Source of the DNA: Bacteroidota bacterium
Lineage (GTDB): Bacteria; Bacteroidota; Bacteroidia; NS11-12g; UBA9320
DNA length: 64,000 nucleotides
Direction of reading: 5' to 3'
Assembly (NCBI GenBank): GCA_002746305.1
Contig: NVWV01000009.1
Coordinates: 72,455-136,454 of the forward strand
Each line of letters starts with the position of its first letter. The first letter of the stretch is position 1. Shown here in pieces: positions 18,388-27,279 of this stretch. The notes beneath the pieces were generated by a model. That model ran no database searches. It worked only from the letters and a program-made list of their open reading frames with translations, and was not told the origin of the DNA. The translations under genes were made by a program, and so were the position numbers.

Positions 18388-19368
18388 ATGGCAAGACAAC
18401 TGCAAATACGTGAGGCACTTCGTGAAGCAATGAGCGAAGAAATGAGAAAGGATGCTAACGTTTTTCTAATGGGAGAAGAAGTTGCTGAATACAACGGTGC
18501 TTACAAAGTGAGTCAGGGGATGCTAGATGAGTTTGGGGCAAAACGTGTAATCGACACGCCAATTGCAGAACTGGGCTTTGCTGGTATTGCTACAGGTGCT
18601 GCTACTAATGGACTTAAACCTATTGTAGAATTTATGACCTTCAATTTTAGTCTTGTGGCTATTGACCAAGTCATAAATGCAGCAGCTAAGATGAGCAGTA
18701 TGAGTGGTGGTCAATTCACATGTCCAATGGTGTTTAGAGGACCTACAGGCAGTGCTGGTCAATTGGGAGCTCAACACTCGCAAGCTTTTGAAAACTGGTA
18801 TGCCAACTGCCCTGGACTTAAGGTAGTTGTACTTTCTAATTCTTACAATGCAAAAGGTCTTTTAAAATCTGCAATCATTGATCCAGATCCAGTTATCTTT
18901 ATGGAAAGTGAGCAGATGTATGGTCTTAAGCACGAAGTACCTGAAGAGGAATACTACATCCCTTTAGGACAAGCAAATATTCAAAAATCAGGCACTGATG
19001 TTACTTTGGTTTCATTTGGTAAGATGATGCGAGTAGCTGAAGATGCAGTTAAAGCATTAGCTGAAAAAGGTATAGATGTAGAACTTATAGATTTACAATC
19101 TGTTCGGCCTATAGACTACGATACCGTTGCAACTAGTATTAAAAAGACTAACCGATGTGTGGTACTAGAAGAAGCATGGCCATTGGCTTCTATTTCTTCT
19201 GAGATAGCCTACATGATGAGTCAAATGGTATTTGACCATTTAGATGCTCCTATAAAACGTGTAACTACACGTGACACTCCACTTCCTTATGCTGCTACTT
19301 TGGTAGAAGCATGGCTACCAAACGTACAACGCGTGGTGGAAGCTGTAGATGCAGTGATGTACAGATAA
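18388..19368 (+). CDS. pdhB: Pyruvate dehydrogenase E1 beta subunit
   Basis: REALREAMSEEM..VFLMGEEVAEYNGAYKVS, IDTPIAELGF, EFMTFNF, QHSQ. The ORF-track TTG 18367 lies inside the promoter box, so ATG 18388 is preferred. Confidence 0.95.
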   Translation: MARQLQIREALREAMSEEMRKDANVFLMGEEVAEYNGAYKVSQGMLDEFGAKRVIDTPIAELGFAGIATGAATNGLKPIVEFMTFNFSLVAIDQVINAAAKMSSMSGGQFTCPMVFRGPTGSAGQLGAQHSQAFENWYANCPGLKVVVLSNSYNAKGLLKSAIIDPDPVIFMESEQMYGLKHEVPEEEYYIPLGQANIQKSGTDVTLVSFGKMMRVAEDAVKALAEKGIDVELIDLQSVRPIDYDTVATSIKKTNRCVVLEEAWPLASISSEIAYMMSQMVFDHLDAPIKRVTTRDTPLPYAATLVEAWLPNVQRVVEAVDAVMYR

Positions 19369-19384
19369 GATATAACTGAAATAC

Positions 19385-19421
19385 AAAAAAGCCTCGTTCT
19401 GTTTATCAGAATGAGGCTTTT
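19385..19421 (+). terminator. Intrinsic terminator after pdhB
   Basis: AAAAGCCTCGTTCTG-TTTAT-CAGAATGAGGCTTTT. Confidence 0.8.
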
Positions 19422-19501
19422 GTTTTTATGAAGTATACTTCATAAAAACTATCTTCGTTAATGACAAAACGTGTTCCTTCTTCTAAATACCAAGTAGCCT
19501 T

Positions 19502-20854
19502 ATGAAATATACGATAGCCATCACGCTAAGCTTTATAATTTTAATCTTTGCATATAGTTGCAAAGACAAAGCTGAGATAGATGTAGAACCGATTTCGACA
19601 TGGGAAGTAATCCAGCAAAACATTCTAGATACCAAATGTATCTCTTGTCATACAGCAGGAAGCAGTCAAGCCACACAATCTGGTCTTGTACTTACATCAG
19701 ACGTAGCCTATGCCAGCTTAATTAATAAAACCCCAAAAAACACAGCAGCAGCTTCAGACAGCCTTAAGCTACTAGAAACCAAAGGATTAGAAAGTATATA
19801 CAACAGCTTTCTTTGGGAGAAAATAAATGCTCCGAACCAGGAACATTTCTATGAAGATCATCCTGAATATGGTGAGATTATGCCTCCTGGAAACATTCCA
19901 CTTACCAACGGAGAACTAGAGTTCATTCGCCAATGGATAGTGGCTGGAGCTCCTAAAACTGGCGGAGTAGTCAATACCTCATTGCTTGATGATAAATCTC
20001 TATTCACACCTGACACCTCATTCATCCCGCTAACACAGCCAACATCTGGAGTTCAAATCCACCTAGGTCCATTTAATGTAAAGACAAATTATGAACGGGA
20101 GCTATACGCATATAAACTTTTAGGAAACACCGAAGACATTTATGTGAACCGAATAGAAACGGCTATGAGACCTGGTACTCATCATCTCATTTTATATGAC
20201 TTTGAAGAAAATGCTACGCTTCCACAGAAAGACATTTTACGTGATATACGAGATGAAAATGGGAATCAAATAAACAGTACATTCCAAAGCCTTGCGGACC
20301 AAATTTTTATGTTTGGCACTCAATTTAGAAGCACAGATTACAAATACCCTGATGGAGTAGCTCAAAAGATTGTTGCCGGGAAGGGGCTTGATTTAAACAC
20401 GCATTATGTAAACTATGGTACCGAAGATATACAAGGAGAACTATATGTAAATCTTCACACCGTTGATAAAAGCCAGATCCAATATGAGGCTCAAAACCTA
20501 TTTCTGAATAGACTAGGTATTAATCTGCCTCCTAACCAAGAAACTACGCTTACTTCCGACTATACGTTTAACGATACCCGAAGCATCTTTATGCTTACTG
20601 CTCATGCCCATAAGCTAATGACGGAGTTTAGAATTCAAATAAAGGGAGGAGCCCGTGACGGTGAATTAATATACTATACTAATGACTGGGAACATCCTGA
20701 GATTAAAGAATACGACCCTCCTTTGGAGCTTGGTCCAGGAGAAGGGCTACGTGGCATTGCCACCTATAACAACACTACTAGTAATACGAAACGTTTCGGA
20801 CTACTTAGCACCGATGAAATGATGATCATCTTTGGGGCTTACTACACTCCATAA
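19502..20854 (+). CDS. Lipoprotein: c-type cytochrome domain fused to a PHM/DBH-like (copper type II) monooxygenase
   Basis: Lipobox AYS-C20; C46-I-S-C49-H50 heme motif with IMPP (M127) and IRQWIVAGAP; GTHHLI (H227,H228), LNTHY (H301), TAHAH (H368,H370), DEMM (M440). Confidence 0.75.
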   Translation: MKYTIAITLSFIILIFAYSCKDKAEIDVEPISTWEVIQQNILDTKCISCHTAGSSQATQSGLVLTSDVAYASLINKTPKNTAAASDSLKLLETKGLESIYNSFLWEKINAPNQEHFYEDHPEYGEIMPPGNIPLTNGELEFIRQWIVAGAPKTGGVVNTSLLDDKSLFTPDTSFIPLTQPTSGVQIHLGPFNVKTNYERELYAYKLLGNTEDIYVNRIETAMRPGTHHLILYDFEENATLPQKDILRDIRDENGNQINSTFQSLADQIFMFGTQFRSTDYKYPDGVAQKIVAGKGLDLNTHYVNYGTEDIQGELYVNLHTVDKSQIQYEAQNLFLNRLGINLPPNQETTLTSDYTFNDTRSIFMLTAHAHKLMTEFRIQIKGGARDGELIYYTNDWEHPEIKEYDPPLELGPGEGLRGIATYNNTTSNTKRFGLLSTDEMMIIFGAYYTP

Positions 20855-20967
20855 ACTTAAACCCCTTTGGTTTAAGAAAGGTATATCTGTTTTCTTTCAA
20901 TGTCAGAGACTTAAACAGTCTTTTGTTAATGAATTAGACTAATACATTAAATACATATCTTTGAAAT

Positions 20968-21396
20968 ATGAGATTCGTAATCGCCGCATGCATATTTCTA
21001 TCTATTCTAAGTTGTTCAAAGATTAAAAATAAAGCATCTGAAGCTGCTGGAGAAGTGGGTGAAGTTGTTGGACAAACTGGAAGTGAATTTATCAAGGGAG
21101 TAGGCGATGGAAGTGGCATAACCTTGGAGTGCGACCTAGAATTATCTGAGAAAATTAAGGAAATGAACATCTTTAACGGTCATTACGATGTTAATGTTGC
21201 CGGAGTTGAAATCTATGCAATCTTTGAAAAAGACGTGAATGATTCTGCTATGGTAGTACTCAGAACCGAAGATGGTTTAGAATATGCCAGAAGCAAGATG
21301 TAACTCGTTGGTACAGCTAAGGAAGGAAAAAATGTCTCAGTTTCATTTGACGAACATATTAAAAAGGGAACAACAATCTACATTGATAAATACTAG
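20968..21396 (+). pseudogene. Hypothetical lipoprotein interrupted by an in-frame TAA (21301-21303)
   Basis: Lipobox ILSC; the frame continues 30 codons past TAA (LVGTAKEGKNVSVSFDEHIKKGTTIYIDKY) to TAG at 21396, 3 nt before the next ATG; TATCTTTG box at 20956-20963. Confidence 0.6.
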
Positions 21397-21399
21397 ATT

Positions 21400-21768
21400 A
21401 TGAAAGTAATAAGCATCATTTTAATAGCAATTGTAGCTATTGAGCATATCTATATTATGTACATGGAAATGTTCGCTTGGGAAACTTTAGGTCGTAAAAC
21501 CTTTAAAGGAGCTCTACCGGATGAGTTATTCACTCCAACTAAAAGTTTGGCCGCTAACCAGGGTTTATACAATGGATTCTTAGCTGCTGGTCTCATCTGG
21601 AGTTTATTTATAGACAATGCAGAGTGGTCTAGTAACGTTGCCATTTTCTTCTTAGCTTGTGTAGCAGTAGCCGGCTTATATGGTGCTGCGACTGCTAGTA
21701 AAAAAATACTGTTTGTACAAGCATTGCCCGCTATCATTACCTTAATCTTGGTAATACTAACCCGATAA
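21400..21768 (+). CDS. DUF1304 family membrane protein
   Basis: EHIYIMYMEMFAW, AANQGLYNGFLAAGL, KILFVQALPA; hydrophobic helices. Confidence 0.85.
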   Translation: MKVISIILIAIVAIEHIYIMYMEMFAWETLGRKTFKGALPDELFTPTKSLAANQGLYNGFLAAGLIWSLFIDNAEWSSNVAIFFLACVAVAGLYGAATASKKILFVQALPAIITLILVILTR

Positions 21769-21955
21769 ATTAGGCTATTTATTTTGTGACACAAATGCTC
21801 CAAATATGTTAGCATTTGCGGTTAATGATATTTGCTTTTTTTGGAACGCTTAAAAAAAGTACTACCTTAGTAATAAGTAAAAGTTTGGAGTCTGCTGAAA
21901 ACCCTTAAAGATTAAGCAACTCAAAATTCATTTACAACCCAAAATAACCCCAATC

Positions 21956-23815
21956 ATGAAAAAAACAATTACCCTGAAACAGTATGTTCTTTTATTAGCA
22001 TTTCTGTTGTTACTCCCTTCGTTAATGGTAGCCCAAACAATCACATTTGGATTTAAAAACCCAGTTCCAAAACCCTATGTAATGAATGGCCCAAATTTTG
22101 AATTTGAAGTTCAAGGAGCCATGCACAATTTTGATCCAAATGGTTCTGTTACAAGTACTAACTTAAACGTTCCATTAGCCACCTATTGTTACAACGCTGT
22201 AGGAAATAGCTCAATGACCTATTTGGGTCCATTACTAATTTTCAAGAGAGGTGTTCACCATACGTTTAAAATTACGAACCTGCTTCCAGATGGTGTAAAT
22301 ACTACGGTGCATTGGCATGGTTTAAATATTCCGGCAAAGGATGATGGAGGACCACATCAAGTGATTCAGAACAATGATACTGACGGTTGGAAACCTAGCT
22401 TTACCATGATAGATCCTGTACAAACGGTATGGTATCACACACACTTAATGAATCAAACCACGGATCAGGTAATCAGAGGACTCGCAGGAATGATTATTGT
22501 AGAAGACGACAACGACCCAATAGCTTCTAGTGTGCCAACGGATCTTTGGGAAAACGACTTTCCACTTTGTATTCAAGAAAAAAACTTTGTTATTGATTCC
22601 GCAACAAATAAAGCAACTGCAATAGTGGCAGGAGAGAAACCAGGTCCAGGCCCTTATACTTTAGTAAATGGAGTTGTAGGCGGATATTTAAGAGTGCCAC
22701 CAGAGATGGTGAGATTACGAATTTTGAATGGTTCCCCTAGAATGATGTACAATATAGGTCTAACACCAGAGGCAACTGCTATGTCAGGCTTTGCAAAAAT
22801 GCACATGATCGCTACTGGAGGAGGTTATTTGGCAGCTCCAGTATCTGTAGACTCCACTTTAATGTCAATTGGTGATAGAAGAGAATTTATAGTAGACTTC
22901 TCCTTATATGCAAATGGTGACACTGTATATATGAGAAATCTCACAGTACCAAAAGATGCCGCTTATGGTAAAACTGCAGGGAATGCTTTGATGGCATTTG
23001 TAGTTTGGAATCCAATTGTTCCTCCAAATCCAATTGTTTCTGTACCTGCAACATTAGATGCATCTTATGGTTTATCTGCAGGAAGTATAGATCACTCCAG
23101 AACGAAACGTCTTCAAAATGTCAAAGGCACTCCCGGCAACGGAAAAGGCGGTGCTTGGTTAATAGACGGAACGGGAATGGATATGAGCGTTATTAATGAT
23201 ACTGTATTGGTAAACACCAAAGAAAGTTGGACTATCATTAATGAAACCAATCATGCCCACCCCTTTCATATTCACAAAGTGCAATTCCAAATAACTGAAT
23301 ATAGAGGGACCCCAGGAACTACAAATCCAAAAGGAGTATATACTTTCCCTAATTTACCAGCTGAACTTGTAGGCTATAAAGATGTTCAATTATTAAGGGC
23401 TAATGACACAATGACTTTTGAAGCTCGTTTTGATAGCTTCCCAAGTCCTGTACTCGCTCCAACAGAAGGCTACATGTACCATTGCCATATTCTTACTCAT
23501 GAAGATACAAGCATGATGCATCAGTTTGTTGTAGTGGACTCAGCACTGTTCTTTGCAGGCTTAGAAGCACTTTCAGGAGTTGAATACTTAACAGTTTATC
23601 CGAACCCAGCAAGCAACTCCATTTCATTTAAAGGAGATTTTGCAAAACCAGGGGTTCTAACGGTGTTTGATGTATTCGGAAGAGAAATTAAAAAACAAAA
23701 TATTATTTCACTGAGCAACTCAAGAATTGACGTAACTGATCTTCCAAAAGGAATGATAATTATAGAGTTTTTGTCTGGCAATAAACGCTACATATCAAAG
23801 GTAACTTTGCAATAA
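21956..23815 (+). CDS. Multicopper oxidase (laccase/CueO-like) with T9SS type A CTD
   Basis: VHWHGL, WYHTH, HPFHIH, HCHILTHEDTSM (Met axial ligand); signal peptide; VYPNPAS...ISKVTLQ CTD. Confidence 0.92.
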   Translation: MKKTITLKQYVLLLAFLLLLPSLMVAQTITFGFKNPVPKPYVMNGPNFEFEVQGAMHNFDPNGSVTSTNLNVPLATYCYNAVGNSSMTYLGPLLIFKRGVHHTFKITNLLPDGVNTTVHWHGLNIPAKDDGGPHQVIQNNDTDGWKPSFTMIDPVQTVWYHTHLMNQTTDQVIRGLAGMIIVEDDNDPIASSVPTDLWENDFPLCIQEKNFVIDSATNKATAIVAGEKPGPGPYTLVNGVVGGYLRVPPEMVRLRILNGSPRMMYNIGLTPEATAMSGFAKMHMIATGGGYLAAPVSVDSTLMSIGDRREFIVDFSLYANGDTVYMRNLTVPKDAAYGKTAGNALMAFVVWNPIVPPNPIVSVPATLDASYGLSAGSIDHSRTKRLQNVKGTPGNGKGGAWLIDGTGMDMSVINDTVLVNTKESWTIINETNHAHPFHIHKVQFQITEYRGTPGTTNPKGVYTFPNLPAELVGYKDVQLLRANDTMTFEARFDSFPSPVLAPTEGYMYHCHILTHEDTSMMHQFVVVDSALFFAGLEALSGVEYLTVYPNPASNSISFKGDFAKPGVLTVFDVFGREIKKQNIISLSNSRIDVTDLPKGMIIIEFLSGNKRYISKVTLQ

Positions 23816-23832
23816 AAGTAAATATCATTATG

Positions 23833-23872
23833 AAAAAGACCTTTCAGATAATATTATCTGAAAGGTCTTTTT
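23833..23872. terminator. Bidirectional terminator; perfect 40-bp palindrome
   Basis: AAAAAGACCTTTCAGATAAT|ATTATCTGAAAGGTCTTTTT between convergent genes. Confidence 0.85.
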
Positions 23873-23930
23873 TGTCTCGTCAAACTGGTGAAACAAACGA
23901 AATATTTTCCTTTAAATTAAACGACATTAC

Positions 23931-26900
23931 TTACTCCTTTACTACTTTCTTTTCAATCACTTCTCCATCGGTGATTATCCTAAGTATGTAAATACCATGT
24001 TCAATCCCATTTCTGAATTCAAGCTTTACCAGATTCGAATTAACATCTTCACTATAAATAGTTCTACCGTACAAATCGAGTAACTCCACTTTTTGAATTT
24101 CATCATGACCTACTGATACAGAGATAGAGTTCTTAAATGGATTTGGAGATATATGAATACTTGACTCTGCTTTTATAACTATAATTTCAGAAAAACTAAA
24201 GTTACCATCAAAGTCAATTTGCTTTAACCTATAGTAAGATTTCTCATTGCCCATATTTGAGTGATTGAATGAATATTTAGATATGGAAGTGGTAGTTCCA
24301 TTTCCTGCTTCAATTCCAACGGTTCTAAAATTATCTTCATCCACACTTCGTTGAATTTCGAAATGACTACAATTGATTTCCGAAGCCGTGATCCACTCAA
24401 GATTAACTATTTCAGCTCTTTTACGGCCAATGAAACTAAGCCATTCCACAGGAACTGGGGCTGTTACATTACCTGGATTAAATATTGGGACAAAATTGGA
24501 AAATGAAGTGATGCTAAACTCAGCCATCACAACTGAATCACGAACTAAAGTCATTGTAGGATTTATCTGAATGGGGTTAGCTCCTAAATAATTTGTGAGA
24601 CTACCTTCGTCCATCTTAGAGATCCGCATGCTATCCGTATAAAAAATTTCCAAACTTGGACCAACTGCAATTCCCCTATTTGCTAATGAGTCTCTCCAAA
24701 TAGCCAACTCTCTTTCGTTAAAATACAATCGAACAATTGCACTTCTATTGGTAAACTGTGGAGTAATGTAAAAATTTCGAGGAGACAAGAGTGCCATATT
24801 CCCAAATGTATCCAAGGCCGTTCTGACAATTGCACTTGAATCCTCTATGTTAATTCCAAAACATGTAGCACCCAAATAACTCCCATTTGGATCTATACTC
24901 ATTAAAAGTCTTCCTGTAGAATCAACCATATCAAACCATCCACTTCCGGATAAGATTGAACATGAAGCTGATCTTTCATATTGTCCTGTTTCGACTCTGA
25001 TTGGAGGTAATACAGTGTCTTTTACGCATAAACCGAATGTATCTCCAACTTCACTATTACTTGCTCTGTATACTTGTAAATAAACGGTATCCCCAGCCAA
25101 ACCAAGGTTTCTCAAACTTAAATCAGGGTAATTCCCCGAAGAATTACAATCTTCTTCTACTAAACTTGCACAACTTCCTGAGTAAGCTACGATTCTAAAG
25201 TTTGACGAAACAACATCTACCTGTTCCATACTAATAAATACATCATCTGAGCTAGGCACTTCAAATGCAAACCACACATCCGCACCAGAATACGCCCCAC
25301 AAGCTCCAGATGGAACTGAACTAAATGTCGCATTCATATTATTAAAAGTATCGAGGACACAGTTACCTTGAGTTACACTCATAAATTGAGCCTTCTCGCA
25401 ATTATCATTTCCTGGCAACTGACTCGTTCCGAATGAATCCAATCGTAAGGAAAATGAACCTAAAACATCACCGCTAAATCTATTTGCAATCCGCACCCAA
25501 ATACTATCTCCGGCTATACTTGGGTCTATTACCCTTAAAAACTCACTACAATTATTGGTCTGACCATTGTTGCAATTTCCATTCACACAGTTGTATATAC
25601 TTAGAGCTCCACACCCCCCGGTATAGACTCTTAAATATTGATTCCAAGTTCCAGCAATTTTAGTGGTCCTCAATTCAAAGCCCCCACTACTTGGCATCTT
25701 AAACTTAAACCACACATCTTGGTCATCTCCGCATGTAGCTAGATTTGTATTTGCAATAGCACCAAGAAGCGTAAAAGTATCAATAGACCCAAAATTTGAA
25801 CTCAAATCTATTGCCGCTTGGCAAGAATCATTTACTGAGAATTCAGAGGTAGGTATTTCAGTAATATTCAAGGAAAATGAATCTAAAACATCATTGTTAA
25901 ATCTATTTGCAATCCTCACCCAAACAGTATCTCCAATTATGCTGGGATCTATTATTTTCCGATAGGCTCCGCAATTTGAAGTTGCATTATAACTATCACA
26001 CGTACCATCACACGCATAGTCCGTAAGACTTGCACACCCGCCGGTGTACACTCTAAAGTATTGATTCCAAGTTCCAACAAGCTTAGTGGTACTCATTTCA
26101 AATCCACCACTGCTTGGCACCTCAAACTTTACCCAAACATCTTCATCTGAACCACATGTGGCCATATTTGTCTCAACAATAGCGTTCTTTAAGCTAAGTG
26201 TATCTGATGCCGTAGTATACAAATTTGTACTTATGTCTATAGCATCACCACAGGAATCATTGGGAGCAAAATCTGAGGTTGAAATTTCGGAGAGATTAAA
26301 AGAAAAAGAATCCGGAGGAGTGTTACCGAATCTATTTGATATTTTTACCCATAAAGTATCTCCAGCGATACTCGGGTTTATTATTCTTCTATGATCTCCA
26401 CAATTGGAAGTAGCATTGTAATCGTCACATGTGCCATCACAAGCATAATCAGCAAGGCTTGCACATCCTCCTGTATACACTCGCAAATATTGGTTCCAAC
26501 TACCAGATTGTCTCGTGGTACTCATTTCCATTCCTCCACTACTTGGCACTTTAAATTTCACCCATATATCATTTGCGGTTCCACAAGTAGAAAGGTTGGT
26601 CTCAACCAGAGCGTTCAACAATGAAAGGGTATCCGAAGTCGGACTATAGAGATTTGCACTTACATCTTGAGCTGCTCCGCAAGAATCATTAACTGGAAAG
26701 TCAGAATCCGAAAGTTCTTGATATATAATCGAACCATTTGAATCTACATTACTGAAACGACCAGATATCCGTATGTAAACAGTATCACCAGCAAGCGAAG
26801 CATCTTTTAATAGAATATAGTCTCCACAGTTTGTTCCTGAGTAATACTGACAGGTGCCTTGACAGGCATATGTCGTAAGGCTTCCACAACTCCCTGTATA

Positions 26901-27173
26901 TAGGCGTAAATACTGGTTCCAACTCCCTCCAATTACACTCGTACGCATTTTAAAAGCCCCGCTACTGGGCACTTCAAACTTGTACCATACATCTTGACTT
27001 GACCCACAGCCTGTAAGATTAGATGTAGCATCTTTTAATCTAAAAGTATCTGTTATTTCAGTTGTTGACATAGTCAAAATAGTAGCGTTTTGACATGAAT
27101 CATTACTTGGTGCCTGAGCAAATGCTGAGCAGCAAAAAGTAAACAAGGAGGCAATATGCACAAGTCTTCTCAT
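23931..27173 (-). CDS. 1080-aa T9SS type A cargo with five Cys-rich ~140-aa NDxC...DVW repeats, pre-CTD module, Ig-like domain, CTD
   Basis: Signal peptide; repeats NDSC...DVWxKF.VPSSG...WNQYxRVYTGGC; PVPVEWLSF; ISPNPF...KKVVKE. Confidence 0.85.
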   Translation of the reverse strand: MRRLVHIASLFTFCCSAFAQAPSNDSCQNATILTMSTTEITDTFRLKDATSNLTGCGSSQDVWYKFEVPSSGAFKMRTSVIGGSWNQYLRLYTGSCGSLTTYACQGTCQYYSGTNCGDYILLKDASLAGDTVYIRISGRFSNVDSNGSIIYQELSDSDFPVNDSCGAAQDVSANLYSPTSDTLSLLNALVETNLSTCGTANDIWVKFKVPSSGGMEMSTTRQSGSWNQYLRVYTGGCASLADYACDGTCDDYNATSNCGDHRRIINPSIAGDTLWVKISNRFGNTPPDSFSFNLSEISTSDFAPNDSCGDAIDISTNLYTTASDTLSLKNAIVETNMATCGSDEDVWVKFEVPSSGGFEMSTTKLVGTWNQYFRVYTGGCASLTDYACDGTCDSYNATSNCGAYRKIIDPSIIGDTVWVRIANRFNNDVLDSFSLNITEIPTSEFSVNDSCQAAIDLSSNFGSIDTFTLLGAIANTNLATCGDDQDVWFKFKMPSSGGFELRTTKIAGTWNQYLRVYTGGCGALSIYNCVNGNCNNGQTNNCSEFLRVIDPSIAGDSIWVRIANRFSGDVLGSFSLRLDSFGTSQLPGNDNCEKAQFMSVTQGNCVLDTFNNMNATFSSVPSGACGAYSGADVWFAFEVPSSDDVFISMEQVDVVSSNFRIVAYSGSCASLVEEDCNSSGNYPDLSLRNLGLAGDTVYLQVYRASNSEVGDTFGLCVKDTVLPPIRVETGQYERSASCSILSGSGWFDMVDSTGRLLMSIDPNGSYLGATCFGINIEDSSAIVRTALDTFGNMALLSPRNFYITPQFTNRSAIVRLYFNERELAIWRDSLANRGIAVGPSLEIFYTDSMRISKMDEGSLTNYLGANPIQINPTMTLVRDSVVMAEFSITSFSNFVPIFNPGNVTAPVPVEWLSFIGRKRAEIVNLEWITASEINCSHFEIQRSVDEDNFRTVGIEAGNGTTTSISKYSFNHSNMGNEKSYYRLKQIDFDGNFSFSEIIVIKAESSIHISPNPFKNSISVSVGHDEIQKVELLDLYGRTIYSEDVNSNLVKLEFRNGIEHGIYILRIITDGEVIEKKVVKE
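25020..27115 (-). repeat. Five in-frame domain repeats (periods 414, 429, 429, 423 nt)
   Basis: The N-D codon pair motif gaatcatt/ttatcatt at 27097, 26683, 26254, 25825, 25402. Confidence 0.85.
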
Positions 27174-27279
27174 TTGGTTTTAATAAAGTTAGTGGACCAA
27201 ATATACTTGCACATCCAAACATAGTCTAAATGCCAGAGGCAAATGTGGTGAATGGTAAGAAAATCGTGGTGAACTGTTA

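Noticed and set aside
1375-27173. Cargo-rich region as a prophage or integrative element
   Set aside because: No integrase, transposase, tRNA or att-like flanks were seen, and housekeeping pdhB lies inside it.
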